Shown one piece after another: positions 1 to 13,813 of a stretch of DNA of 64,000 bases. The DNA is from Amoebophrya sp. A120 (taxonomy: Eukaryota > Protista > Dinoflagellata). The translations under genes and the position numbers were made by a program. Each line of letters begins with the position of its first letter. Within the stretch, counting starts at the first letter, position 1. The stretch lies in NCBI GenBank assembly GCA_905178155.1, contig CAJINV010000002.1, positions 8,451,224-8,515,223 of the forward strand, written 5' to 3'. The notes under the pieces were generated by a model, which made no database searches, was not told the DNA's origin, and saw only the letters and a program-made list of their open reading frames with translations.

Positions 1-3000
1 GTGTTGCTGGCTCGGCGGATAATTGGCTGTTGGAGTTGGAGTTGGACCTCCTGGGTGTCCCCGATAGGCCACCGGTGTAGGTCTCCCTTGATGTAGTGTC
101 CCAGCCGGACAACAAAGTGGGGTTTCCGTTTCCCCGGAGGTTGGCACCGACGATCCAGTGCCGGATGACGCAGAAGAGGTCGCTATCGAGGGAGGGGTCG
201 CGGAAGAAATCATGGGGTTATTCTTGACAAGATCTCGTGCTCGTCTTCTGTCGTTGTCGTCGTTATTCACTATGATTGTCTTGGTCTTCACACCGGGGCC
301 TGCAATTTTTGGAGGAGCAGGCGTGATAGAAGGTTCTTTAGCAGGTGGGTGTACAACAGGAGTCGGTGCTGTGGAAGTTGCCTGCGTGACCGGGGTGCCG
401 GGCAGCTGCAGCGATGCGGGATCTCCACCATGCTGCGGGTGCGGTCCTCGCTGTGAACTGTCGCGATTGAGATTGTTAGCCATCCAAGGATGTTGTAGTT
501 GATGTTGGTGGTGTTGCGCTCCTGGCTGGGGTTGTCTTTGCTGCAGCGGAACCTGCACCGTTCTACCTGGAGGTGGTGGACCTGGTCCATTATTTGTGTT
601 AAGATTCGTCCTCGGTGGCGGACTGGCAAACAGATTGCGATGTTGGAAATCTCCTCGCTCTTGACGGGTCTCTATTCGTGGACCCGCCGCCGGGGCTCCC
701 GCTGGTTGTGGTGCTGCGTTCGTTTTATTTCCAACATGAGCTGGTCCTGGTGCTGCCCCAGGATCATGCAGGTGCACACGTTGACCAGGAAGCAGCTGCT
801 GCTGGACATGTTGCTGTCGCTGCCCCTGCAGCTGCCCTTGTGGATTACCAGCTCCTTGCTGGTGTGCCGGTGTCCGGCTGGGCTGCGCAGGAACGGGCTG
901 CTGGGCGCGGCTGCCACCTCCCGTGTGTGGTGGAACAGGTGGTGGTCTATTCACAGTGCCAGCCCCTCCGGCGGGTCCTCTACCCCGTACAGTGCCAGCT
1001 CCCCCGGCGGGTCCGGGCTGTGCATGTCGTACTGGATTTGGTATCGTGCCACCAGGCTTGTTTGCTAGGTGGTGATCTACTTCTACTCCTGCTGTCGTCC
1101 CGCCAGCACAACAAAAATCTTGTTCAGCTAGGTTTTTGTTCGCTGCGTCGGGCGGGGAACCAGCGGCAGCTTTCTTTTTCATCCACGCGCCGCCGCGACC
1201 TTTGTTCGCTGCCGCTGCGTTATACTCCACATTCAAAAACACAGGCTCGAGTAAACCGGGCCTGGAGCTTTTGTTCAGACGCTTCTGGACGACCTCGTTT
1301 CGATCTCGTTTCGTTTCGTGAAAAATTTTCACGTCTTGAGCAGCAGGTGCGCTGTCTTGGACCGGCGCGGCTGCCCCGGGGGGTGTTGCAGCGCAATCGT
1401 TACCAAGCACCCCTGGAGCAGGTTGTTCCATCTGGGCACGATGCTGCAAAAGTTCTTGACCAGTGCTGGCGCCGTTTTCTAGTACAGCGTCGCTCGTTTT
1501 GGCGTTGGGTTGTAGTCGTTCTTGCGCGCTATGACCCAGGCCTTCCATCGCCCGGCCTGGACCTGTATCTGCAGCGTCCGGAGCAAGTGGCTCGAGGTTC
1601 TCACCAGGAGAAGGCTCACCAGCGGGTGGTGATGAGGATGTCACAACAGGGGCGGCGGCCGGTTGTACTTGCTCGTCAGCTGGCGGCAACAAGGAGATTT
1701 GTTCGACGCGCTGAAGGTCCTCCTCGTGCTCCAGCGTCGATGTTGCTGGTCGCGGTTTTTTCTTCACGAGCTTCGGAGGCTTGTGCAGGCCAGGTTTTCT
1801 GCTGTTCATCTTGTCGCTGTGATTTTGATTTATTGCTGAATCTCCTGTTCGTTCTATTGCGCGCGTCGAGTTGTTTTCCAGATTGCTCGTTCGCCCGACG
1901 TCTGTACCATGCAGCCCCCCTTGCGGATACAAAATGCGGCTTCCGATTTCCGCGACCACCCAGAATCCTAACACCAAAAGGGCGAACCCACTGCCCCAGG
2001 CACAGTTTTCGTAAAATTTCAGTCGTTCTTGCTCCGGATCGTAGTCCGGAGAAATGAAATTTCTCCCGTTGTAGATGTAATGTAGTAGGTTCATCCAGTG
2101 TTTGGAGTGCGGAGAACCTCCGTCGCCAAAAGGTGGGAAAATCACGTCGACTGGATGGTCGCCGGGAAAGGGTCTTTTCCCAATCGGTGGCGTCGTTGTC
2201 GCTGCAGCCGGGTCGTGTTGGTGATCGTCGTCCATGTCCCCGTTCGATGTTCCACCTACACCGTTGTTGCCAACACCAGCATTAGTTGGCGATACGGCGG
2301 ACCCTTCGGTTGGAGGAAAACTGCCCGGGCCGACCTGAACGCCAATAGAATTTCCAGCCGGCTGCTGGGCGGGGGGCGGAGAAGGCGCAACAACCTGCCC
2401 CGGAAGTACAAGTAGAAGAGGAGGTACCTGATTGTTATTGTTTGGCTGCGCAGCAGTATTCGGTTGCGTTTGCGTACCGGAAGTAGAACTGTGCTGCGAA
2501 TTTGCTGGATTATTTGGTGAAGTACTACTAGAACTAGATGTCCCGCCAGTTCCACCACTGCTGCCAGCACCGCTGTTTAAAGAGGATGAACCCGCGCCAC
2601 TGGAGGAAGCCCCACCTCCAGATGAGCCACCTCCGGGGGGAGTCGAACCGCTAGCACCCCCCGACCCAGCGCCAGGGCCGCCAGGATTCGAGGAATGCTG
2701 CTGCTGCGAGCCCGGCAAAGCCAAAGGTGTCGTAGTTCCTGGAGGAATTACTGGAGTCGGACCTCCTAGCGGTCCTGCTTGAGCTTGGGACAGCGTTGAT
2801 GCTGTTGTTCTTAATGTGCCTGGTGTTCTACTGCTACTTCCACGAGCACCGCCAGCTGGAGGTGATCCCTGCGGAGGCGTTGGGGTCGGCCCTGACCCTC
2901 CGCCCTCTCCCTCTGGTGGCGGCGGCGGCGGTAAGGCTTCATGGTGTCTGTTTGGAGGTAAACTTCTCGTTCGTCTACGTGCACGCGTTCCGGGAATCAA

Positions 3001-6000
3001 TACAGACGCAGGTGGCAGTACATCTGCTTCAGCACCTGTGAAGAAATTACGTAAACAAGACTTGAAATCAAAACTTAGAAGTGCAGCAACAATGCATAGA
3101 GCAGGCGGAAGATCATGATGAGCACTCTATTGTCACTAGATTTGCAAGAATTGCACGACCAACGAAAATGAAAAAGGGTTGAATCTAAAGGACGAGAGTT
3201 CCAGCTATATAAGCAAAAATGGAAAGCGAAAGTGAAAGTAAAGTAGTGTCGTAGTACAATTCCTCGATGCATGAAAATAAACGTACCAGCTCGACGTCCA
3301 ACACGCTGCTGGACATCATCTTCGTTGGTGCCGGAAATTGCCGCGGCTTCGCGTTCGTCCGATTGCCCGGCAATCGTCGCTGCAGCGTCGCTTGGTGAGA
3401 TAACTTGTCGTCCCCCTGATGAAGAGGACGCGCCAGATGACCCCCCGCTGCCTGCGGCTCCCGTCGGACCAGCCCTCGACGAAACAGCATTCCGACTTCG
3501 TTCAGTCGCACTGCAGGCGGTTGCATTTTCTAGTTCCATCAGGGCGGAGGTCCCACCCCCGGTATTCCTTGGCGGGTATCGACGAACGCGAATCGGAATC
3601 CACACTACGCGGTGCTGGTGCGCTCCTCGGTTGGGGGTCTGCTTGGGATCAGGCCCACGCAACGCAGGTCCAGCGCGTTTCCACTGCGGCTTCGGCAGGG
3701 GGATCGTGGAGCTAGGTGGAGCCTTGCTTGAGGCAGCCTGAGGATTCGGCGCGGCTGCGTCCACATTATTCGCACCAACAGGTGGCCCGGCGGAGGCAGA
3801 CCCATCAACCGGATTGCGAAGTTGTAAACTTGCGGGACCGCAGCTGCTGTGATCATGTGGGTGGTGAATCGCTTCTGAGCGGTATTTTCCGGGCGGCGTG
3901 AGGAAAAGAAGCTGAACTGCGGCCAGTGGCTCTTGACCACCGCCGCTTCTTTCGATACTTGTACAAACTTCGCCACTGTTTCCCTGCCGCTGCTGTTGCT
4001 CTGCCCCACGACAGCCGGTGGCCCCCGCGACCGGTTTCGCTTTCGCCTTGGGGGGCGGCCCACACATGGCTAGCCGCTTGGCCGTCGCGTCCGCCACGAA
4101 ATACCCACCCGGCGTCGGCTGCAGGACCGGCGACGGGGCAATGGCGGTCGGCCGCATCGGTGGAGCCGTTCGCGTTGCAGACTGCGGAGTCGCAGAAGCT
4201 CCGGAATAAGCCGGGCGCAAGGGAGAAGCTGCGGATGTTGACGCAGTTCCTGCACCCACAGCTGCCACATGATCCATCACCTCATCTCTCTGGGGTTGCA
4301 GCGCTGGTGACGCTTCTCTACTCTGGTATTCTCGCACCAACTCTTGCACCGTTCCAGGAGCACCGCACGCGTTGTCGATCGCTTGCATCAGTATTCCGGA
4401 AGGGCCGGACGCAATGCCCTGCGGTTCCGGACAGAACGACGTCGCGTTTGGTGGGAGGACGAGCGGGAGCGAATTATTTCCGCGCTGAGACGGTACTTCT
4501 CCTGCTGCGTCGCTAGCTGGCGTCACTGTGGCAAAGCAACTAAACGCACTCGTAATGGAAGCTGGCGAAGCCCCCGGCGTCGTATGCAGCTGCGGCGTTA
4601 GCAGGTGTGCCGCGGGCCCCGCTTGCGCTACAATCGGCTCCAGGTGTACTGCACCTGCCTCCGCGTCGCCGTGACTTTCGCCTAGATCAAAATCGCCGGG
4701 ATCTTGTTCCATAAGATCTAACAGCTCTTGCGTGTCGATAACTAGTTCGGCAGGATCCCCGGGGTGCACCACGAGCGATCCCGGAACTTGGCTCGTGCTG
4801 GTCGCAGAGAGGGCCGGCGAAAGTGCTGCAGCCTCAAGAGACGGTGCCGGCGGCGGCAAGGACTGCTCGAAAGAACCAACACCACCCACCCCGGTTTCCC
4901 CGGGGGAGGAGTCGCCTTGTTCGAAGATGGCGGGAGCCGCCGGCGTGTGCACTGGCGTGGGTTGAAATGCAGCCGGCTCGCTCGCGCCGACGGGCCGCAG
5001 GAGCGGGGTTGCCCCCGTTGGTGTCGGCGTGATTGGATTCCAGATGGAGTTGGTGCTGCCCGCTTCATTCGCGTCGTTGAGGGTGTCCGCCGCAGACGGA
5101 CAGGCTGTCAGGTCATCGTCCGTCAGGCAGTTGCTCCCGCCGAAACAACAACAAGCCGCTGCCTGATAGGGTGACGAGGAACCTCCAGCTCCAGACGGAC
5201 ATAATCCGACGCAGCTATGGTCGCGCTGCATCCGCTTCAGAGTGTCCGGCGAGGGGGGCGCCACTCGGGGCATCGCCTTTCCGTTGGGCTTGACAGGGCG
5301 ACGGGGCCCCCAGAAGCCGGAGCCCTGCAGTTCCGCCCACGTTGCCGAGCGACTGGGTTCTGTTGGTTCGGAAGAACCAGGTGCTGGTGGCCCGCTTCCA
5401 GTACCACCTGCTCCTGGTTCGCCATTTTCATATTGCTGTTGTTGTGTACTTCGCGCGAGGTCCTCATCTACGTCGTCGTCATCGTCTTCTTCACCTGGAT
5501 GCGCTGGCGGAAGTTGTAGCGCTTCGCCTAAGTCATCGCCGCCTACTGGCGCCGCCCAAGCGGGTAAGTCATGACGGTCAAACGTGTGCGGAGACCACTT
5601 CTCCTGCTCTCCGAGGACCCCCGCTCCGGCGGGTTCGTGTTCTACTTCGGCCTTCGAGAGGAGCGCCGGCGTCGTCGCAAGGCTGCTGCTACTGCTTGGA
5701 CCTCCGACTGCCGTGCTCCCGCTGCTGCTGACAGCAGCGCAGCTAGCAGCTGTAGACAAATTGGTCACAGCACCGGCAGAGGACGCGAGCGACTGCTTGC
5801 TACCAGCTCGGGGTTGCAGATCAGGATGGCATACTCGGTCTGACGCATGATGTGTTTGAAAATGTTTCGCCTGGTCTTGGTGGTATTCATCCGCAGCAAA
5901 AATTGCTGCCAGCTGAGTCGCAGGAAAAACAGCGGTCCGGGGGACTTCTTGTCGTTGATATTTATCGTACGAACTACGGTGCACCAGCTGGCGGTGGTCT

Positions 6001-7670
6001 TCCATCAGGTCGTGCAGACCGCTATGTTCCGGCTCCACGACCCCGGAAAAGGGCTGTTGCCCCGAAGTAGGTCCGAAAGTCGGCGAGGAAGAAAGGACCT
6101 CCGATTTGACGACACTCACAGGAGCATCAACCGTCGCGGAAGTAGAAGCAGCTACTACATTCGCAGGACTGCTGCAACTACGTGGATGTTCTCCTCTAAG
6201 ATGTTGACCTGCGCCAGCGCGAGCAGAAAAATCTTGCCCCGGCTCTCCCGGGGCCCCTTGTTGCTGCTCAATCCGTAGCTGCTGCTCCTCGTCGTGCGCT
6301 GCTTCGGTAAACTTCTGGGTTCTTCTGTTTGCCTCACGAACTTCCGGCGGGCCGTAGAGAAAGCTCCGGCAGCGTTCGGGATTCAGGTGTGGGTGATGAA
6401 GATGTAAATGGGAGTGAATAGTTCTCGCTGGTGCTGGTTGATCAACATCCTCATCTTCCACTTCCTCATCTGTTTCATCCCCCGCTCCTTCCTCTGTTTC
6501 CGACTCTGTCGCATGATCAGCATCAGAATCTTCAGGTTCAGGAGGAGCAGCATCCTCCCCCGCCGCGTCCTCCTGCTCCTCCGTTCTGTCTCCTTCGCCA
6601 GTGCTTCCTACTGTTGGTCTCGCAGCGGCAGTTTCCTCCTCCTGGAGGTTGCGGCTGGTGGAGACTCTGGCATCACCTTCCATCACAGGAGCCGGCCGCT
6701 GTGCCAGTGGATGGCCCCCACCATGATGATGATCTCTTTTCGAGAAGGGTTCGACTTCACCAGCACGAAAATCTTCAGCCACTCCGCGGCCCTCCTGGCC
6801 ACCTCGATTTTCTTCGGTTCTTCGAGATGATGATGAAGATGCACCACCTCCTACGCTTCTTGTGTTTGTTTCGGGAACTACTACATCAGAGAGCTCTTTT
6901 TTAACTATAACTCTGAGTGGTCCGACTCGCAGACGAACTTCTTGTTGATTTCTACCACTAAGACGAGCCGTCGTTGCTGTTGCTGCTTCAACAAAACGTA
7001 ATCGCTCATGCGATTTTCCTGGTGATCTGCCTCCCTCCTCGTCATCCGGCGGCTCGGATTTTACCGGCAAAAACTGCTGGTGCTGCCGTTTCGGACCAGC
7101 ACGCCCCTGGTCGTGGTCGTGCCCTCGACTTCGTCCGCGGGCTGCGACGGAATTCGGAAAAATACTTCGCGCGCCACTTTGTGCATTGGCATCGCCGCGA
7201 CCACCTCCAGGTCCTCGTGCTGTAGAATTTACTGTCTCTGACTGTGCAGCGTGGCGGCCCCCATAATTCACATGCGTGTGTCCTGGACGTGCTAGACGTG
7301 GGTTCATCATCATCTCTTGTCTACTTCCAGTTTCTGCCTCCGCGCTGTTGGTCTCGTTTTCCGCACTGGCGGCGCTCTCACCAGACGATGACGAACCGCG
7401 AACCTCCACGAGAGCAGGATGACTGTTGTCTTCGCGGGAATGGTTTTGAATCGCATCTTGATCTTGGCGACCAGCACTTGGACCCGCGGAAGGGGATGTT
7501 GATATGTCTTGTTGCTCTTTGATGCAATATTCCCCGTCCTTCTTTGCCGGTGCTTGTTCGCGGTTTGTTCCGGCACGAATACTTCTTTGGAAGCCTCCTC
7601 CCTGGCTGCTCCGCACACCGCTACCATGGGGGACGAATCCGGCGGATAATAAGGCAGCCACGAGTTTCAT
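1..7670 (-). CDS. Giant (>2470 aa) low-complexity protein with predicted signal peptide and one TM segment; 2 exons (7670-3287, 3035-<1), 3' end outside window
   Basis: The 1531-aa ORF begins MKLVAALLSAGF. A phase-1 donor GCT G|GTACGT (3286) and phase-1 acceptor ttcacag|GT (3036) join it to a minus-strand frame I read as stop-free from 3035 to position 1. That exon holds the hydrophobic segment CAWGSGFALLVLGFWVVAEIG (~1945-2005). Confidence 0.75.
3036..3286 (-). other. Canonical GT-AG spliceosomal intron (251 nt)
   Basis: GTACGT donor, CAG acceptor, AT-rich interior, and matching phases joining two long open frames. Confidence 0.75.
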
Positions 7671-10600
7671 CTCGATGCTATTGATGCAGAGAGGTTCAAT
7701 AGGCTGATGACATTAAAGATGCTCTTTAAGGGTCGCATGCTTGTTGCGCTCGGTAGATGATGATGATGTGAGCGAGCCACCAGGAGTGAAATGCGAATAT
7801 TGCTATTGGGGACGTGGTCAGGGCTCTTCTGTTCTGCTGTTTACTATCATAGCCCTCACGACCAGTCAGTACTGCAACAACATCTCCATGCACTAGTTTT
7901 GCTGGTTGTCGTTGTACTATCTACGAGAATCGCGGTGAATAGTACGAAAGAAAGCGCCGCTTCTTCGGGGGTACAAGTACAATTCGAAGCGATTGAGCTT
8001 GATGCTGGGTCGGCTGGGGTAGGTTCTTGACGTCGTGGTAAGTTTGTAAGCAGCTGCTGAGACCGCGCCCGGTGATCCTAACTGCTGTTGTGTTCTCCGA
8101 TTCGCAAGCGCAGCTTACAGGCGGGCAAGGTAAAAAAGTGCTAATGATATTCTTGGCCTCGATAATCTTAGTATTGCGACCATACTAGTAGACGTAGAAT
8201 ATTGGAACCTCGGAACCGCAGCTCCGGTCGATCTAAAAAAATGCTCGATGAAGATTGTTTTCCATCTCTTCGTGCGACAAGATCGAGAGTAGAAGGAGTA
8301 GAGTAGTGTAGGAATAGAAGTTGTATTAAGCCTGACAAGGTGTGCGCGTGGAAAACTCCTTTCCACAAAGGTGTTTCGGCTATTTTTTTTCGTTGGAGAA
8401 CTACTCCAGCAGGGTCATGATCGTCGGATAGATTACAACAATGATTCAGATTAATACTATTGAAGCAGCCGCTTTGGCTTTGTTTGATGTTATTGAGTAA
8501 AGAAAAGTGAGCATGATGTGAACGAAGATCTATTGTTCCAGAAACTCGAATTTCAAAGAAACTGCTGGCATCTAGTTCTTCAACTATAAACAAGAAATTT
8601 GTTGACAATGACAGTAAATTGTTTGACATGGAGTGTGTTATTTATTTACATACAGGTTAACGAAAAGAAAAAACAAAAAGACATGAAAAATCAAGTTTGC
8701 TGCTTTCGATTGATAATTCCAATGAACGCCTACATACAAATACACGAAATCATCGTGAAAATGAATCAGATTTACAAGAATACGCTATCTATTTCTACCA
8801 TCTCCAAGTCGTCTCTGTTCAATATTCAAAATCAAGATCAGGTTTTTTGACTCAAAAGATTAAATTTGCAGTACTGTAGAAACGGAACATTAAAAACAGG
8901 AAATAAATCCCGGGGAGAAGTCTCTTCCTTTTGATTTTTGGTTCTTCATCACTTCACCAAGTTTCTACGCTCGCAGTTACCTGCTGCTGGGTGAAATTGT
9001 CTATTTGCAAGATGGATCTCAAGAATCGCGACGATTCAGGTGGATCCTGGTGATGAAAGAAAACAGAAAAAAAATATATCGGAGATCTTGTTCAAACGTC
9101 CTCGGTATATTAAAAAGCACGGGACCACCATGAAAGTCCATACCGTTTCAGATCGTCAACTCGCAGAGGGAAAAAATCGAGGATATCAAATACCTGCATC
9201 TATAGCTGAACCTAAGCGTAAGCTGCACAAATTTAAAAAAATAACTATTTTCCTTTTGTTGTGCAAAGCTGATCGATTGAATTTCTGCGTTACAGTCACA
9301 GATGAGAAGCTGCATCATTGGAGCGCATGATACTTGTCTATCAGAAAAGATCCCGACTGCTACATACGAGTAAGTACGAACAGGAACACTGTCGCGACGA
9401 GATAGAGATTTGCTTGAGTCACTGTTTGTCATGGTGCGGTAGACTTCCAATCGCGGATGCAGAAGTGTGGTAGTGGAAAAATCCGCACCGAGTTCTCACC
9501 GGAAACGGACATTCATTGTTCGTCATGCGAAGCAAAGCATCAAGGAGGTTTTCGAGCGGCAGAGAGAGAACTTTTTCATAAGGCAGTGGCGACACCTACA
9601 CCTTGTCGTTCGCGTAGTCTGCTGGTTCACCTCCATCGATGAGCGCTGCAGCTGCTCCACCTATCTATGCTATTATTTGAATCGCGAAAAGGAAAAAGAA
9701 AATGAACGCTGCGGCTGCCGCTTCATCCGGAAGATTTGCGTTATAGTTACAGCACTACGGGCGCCCTAGACCATTGGTAATAAAATGATCCTGGGAAAAA
9801 TACAAGTAGAAGCTCAACCTCACTCTGGTGTGAGGCTTCGTTCCAGCTTTTTACTCGCTAAGAAATCGCCATCCATTAATATTGACGTCTACTATGTCGT
9901 TCGGAAAAGAAAAGAAAATGCTCGCTGGTGAAACAAGCACGGAGCGGATAATAGATATGATACTAAAAGCTCCTTTTGTTCACTTTTCCCCAGGACGAAA
10001 AATGATTTCTCCCAACGTCGGGTATGACGAAATAAATAATAGACGGCAGCTGAAATCAAGTTCACCACGAGGAAGAGGTCGACTGAGTCCACTCAGTATT
10101 CTGTTGATGTTGTTGTCTTCCTTGTAGAATTTCTCAATCTGCATTACAATTCCAATTCCCCGCGTCCTCGGGCAGGAGAACGAAAAAAAATGAAAATATT
10201 TTCCCCCAATCGATGAAGACCGGCGCAAAATTTTCAGTAAGCAAGAAATGCGAGCGACCCCTCCTCGGGCGGTGGACCCAAGATATTGTCTTTTTCTTCT
10301 CAATACTTCTCGCCGTTGATAGTTCGACGAAAGTAGATCCAAAGCTGCAACCTTCGGCTTCGATGATCTTCTCTGACGTTGAGATGAGAGGTGATCGACG
10401 TCGAGGCAGTTGCTCAAATATCTGTCGCTGTTAATGTCGGTATAAGAATGCCGTCGAGGTTAATAGTTGAAATGTAGTTCTCAACTGAAGTAAATCATTC
10501 GGTGGGGGATTTTTGCTCCTGTAGTTACAGCAATAATTCTACCATAGCTGGTCCGTTTCGGAACGACCATGAGTTGACAGAGAGAAAAACTGAAACATGG

Positions 10601-11541
10601 ATCATGATGATACTAGTGCTGACATAAAATTTGATGTTGTCGCTAATTTTGTTTTTCAAAAATAAATATGCTTAGCTTTCATGAAAACAAATAAATTTAT
10701 GGACATGGAGGTCCTTCCGCTTTAGCGAAAAAAAAAAAGACAGAGACATTTTATTATACCGCTTGAAGAAAACCAAAAAGACGCTGACACACAAGCTAGG
10801 TTGCTGGGTCGGGGATCTATCTTATCTTACAGGGCGAATCTGCAAAGTAGAAGTACGGCTTGCGCAGCGATACTATTTCCTAATCATCCAGAACCAAAGG
10901 AATGGCTCTACGGGACGGAGTCGTATAAAATTCAAATGTTAATACAACATGTGTCAACGGGCGGGAGCTAAAACTAAACCAATTAGACATACAAACAACG
11001 ACAGGAAAGTCCTTGTTGGATCGATTTCAGGGGGAAATCGCGAAATCTTCACAACTTGCTAGTTCAATATTTATCTTGCCACTGCCGGTCTTGGAGCTCT
11101 TCTTGCGGGTGTCGGTGAGTTTCAAAAAGTGTATATTGTAATTTGTGGGCCAGCTGCTTCTTTGTATTGCGATTCTTGTTATGCAACAAGTTGAAATCAC
11201 TCATACGTCATACATTAGCTAAATGTCGGAAAAGAAAAACTGCTTTGCTCGTGTGATGTGATATATCTGAAAGAAAAAATGCGGTAGCTGTCGCGCAGCT
11301 GAACCTGAAGCTGAAATAAAAAATAGTTCTGACTGAGACAACGACCAGGTGAAAAACAGTTCTGACTGCGACGACCAGAATCCATCCTTCTTATATAAAA
11401 TTTATTGGCTGTAGTTATACATAGTAGTTGCAAAAATATCCGAAAAAAGTGTAGTTTTTAAAGTTGGAATCCTTGTTGATGGGATGGCTTCAAAAAGCCG
11501 AAGTGAAGTATGAAAAACGTATAGTTGAAGTAGAAGATTTC

Positions 11542-11621
11542 GTATCAGTATCAGTATCAGTATGCGTATAGTATCAGTATCAGTATCAGTATCAGTAGAA
11601 AAACGTATAGTATCAGTATCA
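11542..11621. repeat. Interrupted (GTATCA)n hexamer microsatellite
   Basis: Directly visible runs of gtatca separated by cgtata spacers, in an AT-rich region. Confidence 0.9.
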
Positions 11622-12104
11622 ATAAACCAAGTGGAAGTAGTGAAAAAATGCACGACGGCGTCTGCAAGTTCCTCGTGCATCGAAGTCGCACAGCGGCGCT
11701 ACACACGGAATTTGGGTGGCATTTGCTGCCAACATCTACAACTTGCTTTGATTGCTAGGTTGAAGCTGTAGTCTGAAAACGAAAAGCAAAAGCATGAAGC
11801 TTGGCTCTGAAAGAGAGGACAGCAGTTGAAAAAAAATCATAGCGGCGAAAAGCGTGGAAGCTGGGCTGCGACAGAGAACTTTCGCAGTTTTTGTGCGACG
11901 AGAGCAAGAAGCAGAAAAATCATATTTTGCAGGTCAACCAAGAATGCCGCTGCGATCTGATTTTGTCTCATATCAGTACCACCCTAGAGTCAATTTTAAC
12001 GACAGCAGGTTGAAGAGGACGCTAATGCGGGGGCAGCAACATTGGATAGCCAGCAACTTTCAGCAGCAGCTGGTCTCTGCTGGTCTCCACCGTGTTCCCT
12101 GCTC

Positions 12105-12941
12105 TTAATATGGCTGATATCCCTGCATGGCTTGCTGTTGCTCCAGAATTTCTTGCCGACCCATGATATTCATGCCGGTATTGAACGCACTATAGTTTTG
12201 TTGCTCAACAAGATGAAGCAGGTGACTGCCAACGCCAGTATTTCCACTGGTTCCTGCTGATCCTGTTTTGAGGCCTGCGCAAGCAGGTCGCTGGTCCCGA
12301 CCAGCGTGCTCGTGCGTCCCTCCGGCTGGTGGCGCGCCATTTCCGTCCTCTTGTACTATCCAGGTGTGTCTCGCATTTGCGGGTTGCCTCTCGGTGCCCG
12401 TCGTCGGAGTGGCTGTAACAAAGCCCGGCGTGGTCGTGGTAGTCTTGTTCACCTCCAGAGCCGCTGCGGGAGCCGTATGAAAATGATGTTCATCATGTTG
12501 TTGTAGCCCTTTGTTTTCCGTTTCCGCAGCCGTTCGTCTGCCCAGCGTTGGGCCTTGTAGTTGCTCTCCTCCTGTATTCTGAGCCTGAAAACGCACGGCA
12601 CAATGATCGTCTTTCTCGGCTAGTAGTGCATCTTGTGTTTTGTAACTCTCTAGCCTTACAACTGCGTTCTTCATTTTCTCTTCTTGCGCTGTCGGTGGAG
12701 GGGCTGTAGAGCCAGGAGGAGCTCCTTGTCCTGCACCTTCCTCCTGATTACCTGGCTGTAGCACAACATGCTGATGACCATCATGAACATGATTTCGGTC
12801 CTGCACTTGTTGGACTTGCCTGCCATGCGCGTCTCGGTTCTCCCGAACTGGTGCGCCCGCCGCGGTTGGTGCCTGCAGCTTGATGGGTGGATTCTTGTTA
12901 TTGTTTTTGTTCAGCATGATGTTCTCCTTCTCACCCCCTCG

Positions 12942-12972
<31 letters not shown>

Positions 12973-13445
12973 ATGTGCTTTATTTGGTATTGGTAGGCCT
13001 GTTGCTGCTGCTGCGCCGCCAGATGCTGCTGCGCAGCCAGCTGCTGCTCCGGGGTCCAATGATGCTGCTGGCCGTAGTGCAGAAGCTGTTGTGCCGCAAC
13101 CTGGTGCTGCTGCATCAACTGGAGGTAATTGTACATGTGCGGCGTGCTGCTGTTCAGCGGATTCATGTGCTGCTGGTGCTGCTGCATCAACTGCTGCTGG
13201 GCGAAATGCTGCTGCTGCGCCAAATGTTGCTGCTGCGCGAAGTGCTGCTGCTGCGCCAAGTGTTGCTGCTGCGCCAAGTGTTGCTGCTGCGCCAAATGAT
13301 GCTGCTGGTGCTGCTGTTGTGCAGCAGCATGTTGATGTTGCTGTGCCGCCGCCGCGGCGTAGTGCCGCTGTTGCTCCTGTCGGCGCTCTTCCTCCAGTTT
13401 CTCCATCCGGAAGCGCTGCTCCGCGTGCTTCTTCCGCTCCTTCAC
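12105..13445 (-). CDS. Q/H-rich low-complexity protein (probably a terminal exon; true start not located)
   Basis: 446-aa ORF with poly-Q tracts and tandem H(L/F)AQQQ 18-nt repeats at ~13195-13310. It starts at GTG, so an upstream exon is likely. Confidence 0.6.
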
Positions 13446-13813
13446 GAGGTCAGTAATCCAGAGTCAACACGCCGCACCCAGCCGCCAATTATCAGGATGG
13501 TGATGATGGCAGTTTTGCTATACAAATGCAAATCACATCAAAGCTAGTAAATTATCTTCGGACTTCGCATAACAAGGTTGGAAACGCAGCTACACAGTGG
13601 TTGTCCTTAGCTATACGTCTAATCGTGTCGCAAATCCGCACGGCACTCTGGTCCTGCTCGTCCTGAGTAGGGAATGACAAAGACAAATACGAATATCCAA
13701 ATACGGCCAAGAAATTGAAATGCCTATGTATCAATATCAGGAGCGGCATGAGACATCACCTCCGGGGTAATCAAAATCGCACCTGACAAATCTGGGGTAC
13801 TGGGTGCGTTTTT

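Noticed and set aside
615-2057. 480-aa plus-strand ORF, and similar plus-strand ORFs such as 12768-13547 and 15026-15877
   Set aside because: They overlap longer minus-strand frames with coherent composition, so they are antisense shadows.
11423-11935. TGCAAAAATATC / ATATTTTGCA motifs resembling introner ends
   Set aside because: Too far apart for the family, with no target duplication and no frame restoration.
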